From positions 54,436,001-54,500,000 of the forward strand of contig OZ076421.1 in NCBI GenBank assembly GCA_964187785.1: a stretch of DNA of 64,000 bases, read 5' to 3'. Of the stretch, positions 23,847 to 35,633 are shown piece by piece. This DNA is from Amphiscolops sp. MND2022 (Eukaryota). The notes beneath the pieces were generated by a model, which worked only from the letters and a program-made list of their open reading frames with translations, made no database searches and was not told the DNA's origin. Every line of letters begins with the position of its first letter. The stretch's first letter is position 1. A program made the position numbers and the translations under genes.

Positions 23847-24542
23847 TGTAACGGCAAGCGCTGAGCGATTGTATCGTAACAAAAAAATGGAGGAACTGGT
23901 ACCACCATGACACCGGCTCACTTTTCCCTCCTAAGATTAGACGGTCCCGAGGAGGGGGGACCGTCTCTAAGGATGCTCTGCTCTCTGGCCTGATACAAAT
24001 CTGTAATTGCTGAGAATCACAGGCATTGTATTTTCTCCTCACAACCACCGCGTAGATATCTTGTAAAAACGGAAAGGTTGTAAATAACTGAATTTCTCCA
24101 GCGGGAATCGGAGTAAATGCAACAAACAAGAAAATGGCCCCCGAGCATAATTGTAAGTATACAACAAACGTACACACATTTTAATAGTGGAGTCCAGTCC
24201 GGCGAAAGCTCTGGATATTCGGGCGGCCTGGCATCAGCGCTCGAGCTGGGCACAACCCCGGGCACGGGTACAGTCTTCAGGCGGTCATGATGTTTCTCGG
24301 TTCAGCACTGCAAAACCTAGACCTCTGCGTGAAATCACCGTCGATTTTGTTTGCTTTTGCTGATTTTTCTGTCTACACTCGCATTTGTCTCGCTCTCTTT
24401 CGCGAGGCAGTTTCCTTGACCGTCTTTCAACACTTTCTGCTGACAGACACATCGCCAAAATCTTGCTTGGGTGCCACTTCAGTTTCGAACGAATTTTTCG
24501 ACCATGGTGTCAAAATGTCGTTGGGAATAGGATGCCGCTACA
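23847..24542 (-). repeat. 3' LTR of the large Gypsy element
   Basis: Starts TGTAACGG and ends CCGCTACA (near-perfect terminal inverted repeat). Homologous to 39092-39731. A weak purine-rich AGTGAGTGG precedes it on the minus strand. Confidence 0.8.
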
Positions 24543-25257
24543 CCACTCACTGGGCTTTTGGCTTGTCGTCCCTGGCAAGCATTGGAGAACCTCGTCCAGG
24601 AAAAGGGTGTTGCTTCCAGTGCTGTGGATACATGATCGAACAAGAACGAATCCTTGTCTGCCAGCTGTTGTTACAACAGCGCTGGCTGGAATCATATGGT
24701 TTCTTACCTTAAGACTTCGTATTAGCACTTTTTTAGCAACTTTTTTAGCACCAGCTCGAGAGCTAGGATTTTTCGGTAGCATTGACCATTTTTGTAGCTT
24801 TTTCATTGGTTAACATGTTTTTTGATGCTAGTACCAGCTGAAGGATTTTTTAGCATAGGTTGTTTGGACTTCCAATTTTTCAGTTTTCGACAAAAGTTTT
24901 TTTTGTTATGGGAGAACGCGAGCTCCGCTACTAGAAAACAATTAGACAGAAAGCACTCAACGATAGATTTACAACTCAGAGTAAAATTTTTTTCTTGCCT
25001 TCAATATTGGAACTCCTTTTATCGACACCGCTCGAGGTGTTAAAAAACAACGAAAGTTTTATTTTCTTGATTAATTTTTTCACCCGTAGTTGAAATAAAA
25101 CACTACAAACTAAGAACTAACTATATAAACTAAAAAATGCACCGATATAGGTCAGCACCGTAACATTAGTCAACGTGATTTGGCATTGAGTTTGGCACTT
25201 CACGAGTTAATTTGGTCGGTGAGCCCTCGAGCTCACCTAGTCATTTGCAAAATAGCT

Positions 25258-28200
25258 TCATTGTAAGGCTGATTTGTGCCTGTTGCGTGGCGAAGTCTCT
25301 GCAGAGGAAGAGACTACACTCACAGAAGCTCGTCGGGTAGGGGACGGCACCAAGGTCTCGGTATCCGTATCGATGTTAAGACCACCAATTGGGTCGAACA
25401 GCGCTGCATTTGGCGTCAGTTCGGCAACATGCTCACCCGACTGCTGTAGTTTCACCCGGAAATCAGCTGGTTCTGGAGCTGCCTCCTCAGCAGGAGCTCC
25501 CACTCTCAAGGACTCCTCTAGAGACATCTCAAATGTTGAGGCAGGTTTCGACTGTGGAAGTTGCGCCAATGTCCTGGCACGCTCAGCTTCAGCTCTGCAG
25601 TTGGCGGCGACTGCTACACGTTTGGATATCCATCCAGATTGCCTCCAGAGCCCCCAAGTTTTTTCCCACACTTCGCAGTTGCTGAATTCGAGGTTCAGAC
25701 TTTCGTCCTTTCCTTCTGCACGCAACTCAGGTCCCAGAACGGAGTTCACGATGTCGTGTAGCAAAATGGGCATCTCACCAGACATGGCCATTTTCCCTTG
25801 TGGATTCCATGCAGGCTCACACTGCACAGGGCCATTCTGTGAGACAGACTGCGTTGCAGCACCTGTGCAGCCACTTCGATCCCCTGTTGGAAACGCGCAA
25901 AGTCCAGGTGTTACAACTGATGGCCCGGATGTTCCTTTCCACGGGCGATGGGGCACGAGGGGGGATATCCCACGGGTTCTTTCAAAAACCGGTTAGGTAT
26001 CTGGATAAAATTGAAGACATAGTTGGATCGTGAGTTGGTGGTAGCACTCAAGCTAGCATTAGGCATTTTTCGTAAGATATCAGTAGGCCGTTGGAATCTG
26101 AATGGTTTCCGGTCCAGATCTCGAAGAGCCTTGTACCAGTTAAGTGGACCATATTCTCTAGGCAGAACGCTCGCCTTCCCCTTGCGGGCCCTGATAACTC
26201 CCATCAGATTCGCCTCTGCTTGTTGTTCCGTTTAATTGGTTGTGTAGACTTGGGGCACTTCACTGCTGAGCAGATCACGGGCGGCATACTCGTAGTCTAT
26301 CGGAAGACTACCCTGCAAGTAAGTGCAGATAGACACAGTGGCCACCTGCACCGCCATCCATATTGGTTTCGTGGGATAACGCAAGAGTCCCAGAGATCCA
26401 AAGAATGGAATCAGGACCGGTGCAACAACAGGCGCCAAGTCTTCCAACTCAGTTAGTGTGAGGTCCGTTAGCTGTTGCGTAATTGGAAACCACGCATTCT
26501 CATTAGGGAGCAGTCTCGCTGGGTTGTGAAGCGCTTCCACCTGATCCACGCCTACGAACAAGTCTAGGAAGTCTAGCGAAGACTAAGGACGAAAGGACGA
26601 GTAGAACTAGTGCTGCAGCGGGGTTGCCCGCAGTTTGAATAGAGGTTCTGTGTAGTTCTGGTTGTTTTGTAGAAACAGCACCTCGACTAAGCCGACCAGG
26701 CCGCTCATCTTGCCTTGTGCCAGCACCAAACAGGTTCCTGACTGCAACAAGGTCAACCAGTATGGCCAAGGGACCGGCCACAAACTTGGTGGGACCCAAA
26801 GCCAGCGCGAGAGTTTCGGTCAACTTTTCCACTTGCGTTCGATTCAACCTAAACTCGTCCGTAATGACATCCAAGTTCCAACCAAGGCCGAAACTCGTCA
26901 TCAGAGCTGGAAAGGATACAAACAGCGCTCGAGTCACTGTTGCGAGTTCAGTCTGGTACCATTCCCTATAGGTGAGCTCACAAGCTTGGACATCCTGTTC
27001 GAGGACTACGGCGTACTGGGGAACGATGTGTCGTAGAACCAAGGGCAGTTTGGTGATCCGCGAAGTGTATCTGCGGTATTGTTCGCTCAATCTCTCGATT
27101 CGCTGGCCAGCGGCAAGATCCGCCTTCACTGTGGTGGGGTGACCCTCACGAGTCAGCCAGTTATACCTGAGCACATGCTTCAGGGAGAAGACTGTTGCCT
27201 TCATGATCAAAGGTTAGTCGCCCCATTTGCATTCCATGGTCATGATGGATGGCGTCATCTCAAGTCAGCTGGGCATTGCCGCTTTGTTCAGTGGGTCGCA
27301 ACAGGCGGAAGAAAGCTGCCAGGTAGTCGTGGGGTGACAGCGCGGCAAGACACAGGTCCACCTGCCCAACGCGCAGGCTGGGTGCACACATGTAGAACTC
27401 AGTACGCCTGGCTGCACAGACTTGGCTGCAGTTAACATGTAAACAAACTGCTGCAAGGCACTACCCCAGTACAGCATGCCTGCAGGGGACTCGAAGAGCG
27501 CAGGAGTGTTCAACTGCGTGTGCAGCAGCTCCACGGTTTTTTTCCATTGCAGGGGCTACCTGGTGAAGGATTCGCGCCAGTCATCTCCGTGCTGCTTCTC
27601 GATTCTTCATCTCGCGCAAGATTTGCTGCAGGTCTAGCAACAAACCCTCGCAAGCCAGGTGGTCTATCAGGTTCGCGAAAAGGAACCGTTTTGATGTGGT
27701 TCCTAGAGGAAACCCTCGATCTCCGGATCAAATATCGCCCTACCACTTCGGCCATTTCCGGTAGGCGTGATAGAAGCAGCGTCACTACCATCAGGTCAGG
27801 TACAATCTTGTCGAATGGCAGATCCCAGGGGATCGTTGAATCTACCAGATACAAAACCGTGTCCGTTGACCCAGGTTCTTCGGTATGGACTTCAACGACT
27901 GTAAGCTCCAGGTGTACACGCTGTGGGTTTTCCCGGTCTCGCCGGTGCGCAGTGTGTACCTCGCAAGGAATTGGTCGTCCAAATTATTTTGCATGGGGCG
28001 AAAGTAATTGTCATGCGCCAGCACCATTCGTGCCATGACACGTCTTTCTCATGCCTGCTCTCCAATGTCTACGTCAAAGTCGCGCAGTGTCCGCGACAAA
28101 TGAGCTACGACGGACAGCTTTTGAAGCTGTGCTTGGTCCGTATTCGACGGGGAAACCCGTTGCCGATCTTTGAATTGAGGTTCCGGCAAGCATGGATCTA

Positions 28201-28300
28201 CCTGTCAGATACGATTAGCATCCCGGGTTACCAAGGATCCCGCCACGTCTTCTGAAGGCAGAGAGTACGGCAGCGTACGGATGCTGCCTTAGACGTGGAA
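25258..28300 (-). pseudogene. Decayed accessory ORF region of the large Gypsy element (unknown function; possible SGNH-like segment at ~27300-27860)
   Basis: Collinear ORF pieces 27854-27510, 27534-27265, 27210-26503, 26561-26232, 26204-25911 and 25956-25258 in GC-rich sequence. No signal peptide, furin site or clear TM anchor seen, so not called env. Confidence 0.55.
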
Positions 28301-28506
28301 GTGGTGCGAGATGAAAACGAGGCTGCCGTGCGGACTTGGTGCGTATGTTTCCAGCACCTCGCTCATTGATAGCCGTGGGTCAAGAACGCCCGTATAGCAC
28401 ACATTGGGAGGCTCTGGAATTACGACCGACCTCGGTATATTGTGGTTTTGGCGCCAATCAGGTGGAGGGCGACTGGTTCGAGTGTCATTGGCACTCATAG
28501 CTCCAA

Positions 28507-29523
28507 CTAGTTCATGAGGCAATGCCCTTTTACGCCCTGGCATTTCTCAGATGTTGGTGACAGTGTGGATACAGGTGACAGCGCGCTAATGGCTGCCGTA
28601 CTGAGCCCTGGAACCTGACTGGCTAGCATGCAGCCCTCGGGCTGCAAATGGACGTCCAGCAGTATTTGCAGACCAGATAACGTACGCGAAATCGTTTCCA
28701 CAAAGTCGATTCGGGGTAATTGGCGACTGTCTGTAGAGCCTGAATTACTGCTTGCTCGCTCGCTTGGTGTTCTGTTTGCCATACTTGGTGCCATCAGCGG
28801 CCGAGCTGAAAGTGGAGCCGATGACTGGACCGATTGTACCTTGGCACTGGAGACTTGACAGGAGCCCGCGAGCTCCAGACTAGCTGGCTGAAATGCAACT
28901 TGTAGCATCATATGAGGGGCTCGCAACTCAGGAGCACTAGCATATGGCGTATGAGTGCTCGGTGCCGTCTGCGTCAGTGTAGGCACTAGCTGCTGTGGGT
29001 GAGGTGGATAAGAGGGAGGCTGTGACTGAGGCTGAGGTTGCAGTTGTATTAACATGTGTGCTGGTGGCAACAAGTGCGGCGCCGCTGGCTGAACAGGCGC
29101 GCACGGAGCCATTCGCAGCGTAGCCTCTTGCTCAAATTACGTGCAGTTCCCTGGTCCATAAATCCACGTACACCGATCATCTAGAAACTGATGGGTGAGG
29201 TCGTACCCATCCCACACACCATATGGGAAGTCATGGTGCACTTGTAGCCAGATACTTCGGCCACTATAGATACTGCGATGCTGGGCAGCGTTTGATGCGC
29301 CTCTAGTTGGGCCAACAAAGCAGTTAGGCCAGCATCCATTGCGGAGAGATGACATTCCACAGCCTTTCTTCCAGGTGATGGGCTTGGTTGACTCGCTGCC
29401 CTCGAGCAGCGTCATAAGGACGTGAGGTGCCAGCAGGGGCGGAGTGACAGGATCGTGTATTCCGGGCGAAAAGACCTGGCGCTTGATTGTAGGCCGTTTT
29501 AGCATACTTCTAAAACTAAGCAC
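28507..29523 (-). pseudogene. Pro/Gln/Ser-rich accessory ORF remnant of the large Gypsy element
   Basis: ORFs 29523-29137 and 29112-28507 (QPQPQSQPPSYPPHPQQ), downstream of an AT-rich spacer at 29530-29800. Confidence 0.45.
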
Positions 29524-29825
29524 TTATTAAACGCATTCTATTCCGTGAAATGCCAGCTACAAAAGACTGCGAGCTCCTTAAAGGAGCTCGTTACATACAT
29601 GCAGTAAATGCTACTATACGTAAGAAATGCTTTAAAGTAGTGCATAGGGCATCATTAACTATTATCTACCTGTGAAACGGTAAAGAAAAAAGAAGCGCTT
29701 ACGGCACTTCGGTAAAAAAACAACAAAACGAAAGTGTGTGAAAGTATGGTTAACAGAAAGGTTAATGCCAATATTGCATTAGGGCATGCAGCAAAAAGTG
29801 CTGGGGCATTTTCATTGGTGGTTTA

Positions 29826-30534
29826 CTTCCCCACCTCGATACCCAATATTGATACATACAGGCGACTATGTAAAACTACAATGATAATTTTATCTGCAAA
29901 AAGATCCATCATGACCTGGTACAGGTTGGCCAGCGAAGGAACTGGTCGTTCAGGGTCCCGTGCCAGAAAGTGAATGTTTGACGCTCCTCTGTCGCCAAGC
30001 CATTGTTTTAATTTTACCAGACAGAGAAAAAGTCATCTGCCATCAGCGGCTCACGCTGATTGGCTCGTACGATACTCAAGTGGGCAAATTGGGAGGGTTT
30101 GTTGGTTATGGAGGAGGTCAGAGTTAAGACCTCTCTGTTGGCCGTAAGGAGAAGGGTTGCTCCCTTCCACACTCGCGCAGCACATAGTGCAACGCAACAG
30201 AATTTGTTTCCAAATCGGCCGGGTAGGCCAATGCAATGTCGCCCTTGGCCTGCAGGAAATCAGTCATGTCATAGGAGATGTATTCCACCAGATTGGGACG
30301 TAGGATACACGATCTTTAGCCCAGGTCCGTTGTCAGGGACATACATATGCGCGGAATGCGACCTTGCACCGCGGCCAAATCCTCCAACACGGAACGCGTT
30401 AGCGCCTGGTTATCCACATTTGCCCGGACCCATGTCTTCAATGTGCTCAACGCTGCCTTAATAGGCAACGGTTCCTCAAAGCTATGTATCCATTCGTCCA
30501 GCAAGCAGATCTGCGGGTAAATGACGAAACACAT
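29826..30534 (-). pseudogene. Frameshifted macrodomain-like (Poa1p/OARD1-type) accessory ORF
   Basis: Joining frames across one stop and two frameshifts gives ISYDMTDFLQAKGDIALAYPADLETNSVALHYVLRECG..GEVLTL..HLSIVRANQREPLMADDFFLCLVKLKQWLGDRGASNIHF..LANLYQVMMDLFADKIIIVVLH. The spacing of elements follows the Poa1p-like macro fold as I recall it. Confidence 0.5.
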
Positions 30535-30650
30535 GATGATTAGTTCTAGTCACCAACGGAACTTCACCTTACCCCGATACCATTCGATGAGGTGGAAACA
30601 GAATTAAACATTTCGTAGTGGAAGTCCTCAGACTTTCCATGCAGAGAAGT

Positions 30651-30761
30651 AGGTGTTTTGGGTTTACCAGCGTCTCAACGCGTGGCGCGGTCACTTGCAA
30701 CCACCCAGGTGTTTTGGGTTTACCAGCGTCTCAACGCGTGGCGCGGTCACTTGCAACCACC
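30651..30761. repeat. Perfect 56-bp-period tandem duplication
   Basis: aggtgttttgggtttaccagcgtctcaacgcgtggcgcggtcacttgcaaccacc occurs at 30651 and 30707. Confidence 0.95.
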
Positions 30762-31149
30762 AGTACGGGACTGGACTATAGACGCCTCCCGGCTAAACCT
30801 CTGCCCCATATCGGCCAAGCAGCAGATCAGCAGTTTAACATCGAGCCATTTGCACCGGCTCTCTGTCAACCTTGAACGGGCCGAACACAATGTTGAGAGG
30901 AACAGGATGGACTACCGTTGCCAGTGTGAACTCTAGGCGTTTGCCATTGTTCGTCCACTCCTTGAATCGAGTAAATGTTGCCTTTGCTACTCCAGGCACT
31001 GCAATTTGCTTCAAGATTATCTCGACTGAAATGTTGTCCGTTCGTTCTGCTCCAGAGGAGGTTTTTTGCTGATCGCACTATGGTACAACGAACTGAATCA
31101 TCAGCTTGTTGTCCTTCCCGGGGGACTCCCCGTGCTCCAATGAGAACCC

Positions 31150-34100
31150 CCTGATTCTCTTTCATTTCAGCCAGTATACAGACGCATTCGCGCAGCCCAC
31201 ACGTTCCGCATTTATATCGTGACTGGCGCTTTTGCCTCAACTGGTACCGGTCGTGAGACCCTGTCTGAATCTTCGTCCTTTCAGGCGGAGTCACTCTCCT
31301 TGCTGATGTTTTGAAAAAAAGGAGCGGTTGGGAGCTTAGGAGCCGATTGGGGATGACCATCCAGTAAATGATGCAGGACGAGCAACTGAAACATCCGATT
31401 CCTCGGCCTGGTGCGGCCAAATTGGATAGTTGCTGGGATAAGTGAAGGATTTGTTAATAAAGGGGCAGATGTCCCAAGCAGAGATTGCGCTGGTGTGTTG
31501 TCCGACGCTGACAGTTGTGTTGATGGAGAGCGCGGTCCCATGGTCAGAAAAAATCTGCAGGAGACAGTCCTGAAACGATATGTCCGAGACCGCGTCCTGA
31601 GCCTCATGCTCAGGGGTAGGTTCAGGGGACACCTCAGGTTGGGCTAAGTCCTGTGGATAAGTAGGAATGGGGAGCATGACAAATTCGTGTGGCAACTCAT
31701 GACTGCGTGGCAATTTCGGGGTAGAAGTTTGTAAGCGGTATCGCTGTTTCTGTACCACGGTCAACATGTAGGGAAAGAACCCTGTGATGGCATGTCGTGT
31801 GAAATTGTACGCACCGAGCACTTTACCAAGATGTTAATCCCAGTCACGTATTCGACGTCAACAATATACTCGCAGTAAAGTGTGTAGTGTGCAATTCTGT
31901 CGCCCCACCAGTCCCTGGGTGCGCGGGTGACCAGCCGTAGAGGTCACTTTGGTGACCTGGGAGGCCTTCAAGTTGGGAACCTTGTCGGAGTGCTTGCGCG
32001 TAAGTGTGCCATGGCGGGCAAACCACTTTTGCCCGAGCAAGGGCGATGTGGTAATCGCGTCGTACCCAATATGACTGCGAAGTACTGCCTCACCAAATTT
32101 GGAAAAATGGTCAATAATGACCAGGATTCCGGTGTTGCCATTGTTCGAATGGCAGATCTGCATATGGTTATACTGGAAAGCTCATTGAAATACCATACTT
32201 TGGATATTCTTGAGGCAAAAACGAACGTCGCCGGGTTTGTCCCGCACCTGTTGACATGCGAGACACTGGCTGACGTATTCCCCGACACTGCGGCGAATAC
32301 CAGGCCACATATGTCACTCCTGGAGGCGCGCCCATAGCATCATGCGCACTGAACAGTATTTCATTCTGATACAACTGGGGCATTAAGATCATGCAGTGTC
32401 GTTCATGTAACAACCGTTGCAAAGGGTTTACTTCGCACGAAGGACCCCATTTGAGTTGATAAATAGTAGATACTTTTTCGCTTCTGAAAAGAAGTCATGA
32501 TCGATGTTTTCGTGTTGGACCAGTTTCTTGAGGGCCAAAACGTGGATATCACGGATTTTGGCTATTACCAAGTCTTTGATCCCATGGATTGTGTGAGCAT
32601 GTTCGTGGAGATCAGTGCTCAGGTCTTGAATTACCAACACAGCCTGCTTGATGTTGGTAGTACGCGAAGCGACGTTGGTGACATGCGTTGGTAATAAATT
32701 GTCCAATACTCCAGTCTTCAGGATAATCAGGATAGAAATCCTCGTGGGCGTGCAAGACATGTGGAAGAGGCGCCGGCAATGGAGCACGGAGAGCCTCCTT
32801 TTGTTTTCCCGTCTCTTGATTCGTTGGGTACGAAGAACAATGCGCAGTACCGCACTGGGAGGAGCGGGCTGCACATGATGCAGGTGTGGAGGTAGGTCGG
32901 GGTGATTGGGCATCACCTGAACCTGCACGTCGAACCATGGTGCAATGGGCGAATGCTCGTACTCATCTTGAGACAAGATGTTCCATCGTTCGGCAACGGG
33001 CGGCAGCTTCTCGAGTTGTTGCTTCCGCCAACGATAATCATTGGTGCGCATTTGATAGGCCATCGATATTAGGATAATGCATTTGCGGGCAATGATCGAC
33101 ACTGAAATGCTACTTTTCAAGGGCCATTATCCAACGACCAATAAAAGCTTGATCGGTGGAATAGGTTTTCAACCACGACATTGCCTGGTTGTCCTCCCTC
33201 AGGGTGAACTTCCGTGGGCACAAGACGCTGTGCATTCTTAGCAATGAAGTGATAGGGGGCGTACATCTCCAGCTTAGGAGCTCCGTACTTTGCGTGTGTT
33301 GCAGTTAGTTTCATGCTGTTGTAAATAATGGGGAGGAGACGTCGATTTCCTGGAGGACCTTACCACTGGTGCAAGATACCAGAAATCGCCACAGCACTGG
33401 CTTCAGTGTCCAATACAAATTCACCTTCTGAGTCAGTCTGCGCGAGGGCAGTCGCCTCGATCAAACCGTTTTTTGATCTCGTTGAAGGCCTGGTTTAGTT
33501 CAGGTCCGCACGCGAAGGTGGCTCTCACTCCAGTGATAGTGTGCAAAGTTGGCACTAGTTTGGTGTCCCCGGTAGTAGTTCGCGAAGTCCAAAAAACTTT
33601 GCATTTTTGTCTTGTTGCGGGGAATTTCCTATTCCCGTAATTTTGCAACTGCCGGGTACCGTTGATACCACGCGGCCCAAATACTTAATTTCCGTCTTTA
33701 TGGAGTCACACTTTGCTACTCGCATCTCGAATTTGCTACTTATCGCAGGGACGCAAAGACCTCGCGGAGGCGTACCATGTGGTCCCCCACGGTTTCGGTG
33801 GCGATCACGATGTCGCCAATGTATGCGTCTCCATTCATGCGTCTCCAAGAGCATGCGTCTCTATTCAAGGAGTCCCAATTCGCCGGCACAAGCAGTTGTT
33901 TGGCGGTCAACCTTTCGGACTGGGATCTGCCAGAAAGCCCAGGCTAGATCGATGCTGGTTTAGATCTTGGCTTTGCCTAGCCTGTTAAAGCTCTCATCGA
34001 TCCTAGGCAGCGGGTACGTTTCTTTGACGGTTACCTCGTTCAGTGGACGGAAGTCAGAGCAAAACCGTTTCTCCCTGTTCTTCGTTCAGACCATGGCGAT

Positions 34101-35290
34101 CCCGCTGAACAAGGGGGGCAGCAAAGGCTGAATCATTCCGAGGGCGAGCAGGTTGCGCACTTCCTTGTTGCCACAATCGGCCTTCTCAGGAGGCATCCGC
34201 GTCACACCCTCACGATGTGGCACGGCGCCTGGCTCCATCTCTAACGGGTGTTTTACGATGGTGCAACTGCCGATGTCAGCCTTATGCTTCATGAACAAGT
34301 CATCGAACTCACCCAATATGTTTTCTAAGGATGTACTCAATTCAGAGCCCCACAGGACTTTACATCTTGTAGCTGGGTTTCTGGCACTGGTTCAGGAGCC
34401 AGATGCTCAGTGTCTGTGCGTTTCTTCTTCTCACGGTCCGAAAGACCTTCCTCAGTAGGATCTGTTGAAGACAAAAACTCAAATTCAGACGAAGAAGTAA
34501 ATTGGGATCTGTGTTTTCGTATACTTTAGAAACAAAATCAACACGGTCTTTATCGACTTCAGTTTTGAGTTCCAAGTCATCCAGCTGCTGGGACATCCCT
34601 GTACATTAGAGATGCGGGTACCACAGTGCCCAGGTGGGTGTCTCCAAGGACGCGTTGTAGGATACTAGTCAAGTTCATTACGCTGACAACGACGTGGCCT
34701 GGCTCACTGACAGTGACAACTCAGTCCTCTAAAAACACAACGTTTTGTTGCGACGCATCCAAAACAGCCGCGTTTAACCCCTAATTTTGAAAAACCTTTG
34801 ATTCAACGTCCGTAGTGACCGACTGTGCTTTTTCAACCGCAAGCTCAAATGGTTGCAATACTAAGTCGTGGTCTAAGGCGACGGGAACTGCTAGAGTGGG
34901 ATCAACTACCTGAGTATGGGCATGATGCCAGACTGGTTGTACTGTTGCGCGAACTACAATCTTCAAGTTGCAGCCTAATACGAAGTCATCGACTCCCATT
35001 GCGTCGTCCACAACCAAGAAGTTCGTTTCCAGTTCATAATCTCTCAGAGCTCACTCTCCGCCATCCCGAAGGTGTTAATGGTCTTGCCGTTAGTGCCATA
35101 CAAGTCGATCTGGTAGGGTTTCAATACTGCCCCCGTTTGAACAGCGACACGGCTGAAGGCGGCGAACGTCAAGATTGATACTGTAGACCCCGTGTCATCC
35201 AAGCCTCTCAGTGGATTTCCTTCGCGACTATTGTTGTAGCATTTGAGTTTCTGGGGACCCAAGCAGGTACCATCCAGGTGGGAACACAAC
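31150..35290 (-). pseudogene. pol: Decayed Gypsy pol (PR-RT-RNaseH-IN)
   Basis: Protease LDDTGSTVSIL (~35170-35200); RT RFCSDFRPLNEVTVKETYPLPRID and IDLAWAFWQIP, with YxDD degraded to YIGD (~33820); RNase H YGAPKLEMYA; integrase ILFSAHDAMG, GILVIIDHFSKF and TAGHPRTQGLVGR. Confidence 0.93.
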
Positions 35291-35633
35291 TACGACCACA
35301 CAGGCCTCAAACTTCACTTTCACGCCATCCATGGTGTCGCAGATCGACACGAGAGAATATGTGGTCAACGTGTCTGAATCTCCCGGAGCGTACTACTCTT
35401 TGGGTCGGGTGAGCTCCGCTCGTTTATACAATATCGCCAATTCAGCCCAAAGCTTTGCTAATGTCAGCGTTTGGCGACGCTGCTGTTCTGCAACTAACAT
35501 CAGATGAAAAACTGGATGAGGGTATGACCTTGAGGGTTGAACGTTGTCGGCTATAAACACGTTTGCACTTGTTTGGCACCGCAGGTACTAGTTAGGGGAG
35601 TATATAAGGCAAGTGTTTCCGCTGCGTGCAGCA

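Noticed and set aside
24195-24245. Hammerhead/HDV ribozyme in the LTR
   Set aside because: CTGATG and CGAA fragments exist on the minus strand, but the complete cores and stems could not be built.
23847-25165. A longer 1.3-kb LTR ending CCGTAACA at 25165
   Set aside because: Homology with the 39-kb copy stops at 24542, where a better terminal repeat and a PPT-like tract lie; there is no PPT or PBS at 25166.
25274-25996. 240-aa plus-strand ORF, and similar antisense ORFs at 27520-28038 and 33607-33963
   Set aside because: These are shadows of GC-rich minus-strand retroelement coding sequence and have no motifs.
25258-27210. env gene call
   Set aside because: The position fits, but no signal peptide, furin site, fusion peptide or clear TM anchor is visible.
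27920-27950. TGETGKT as a Walker A motif
   Set aside because: It lacks the first Gly of GxxxxGKT and no Walker B follows.
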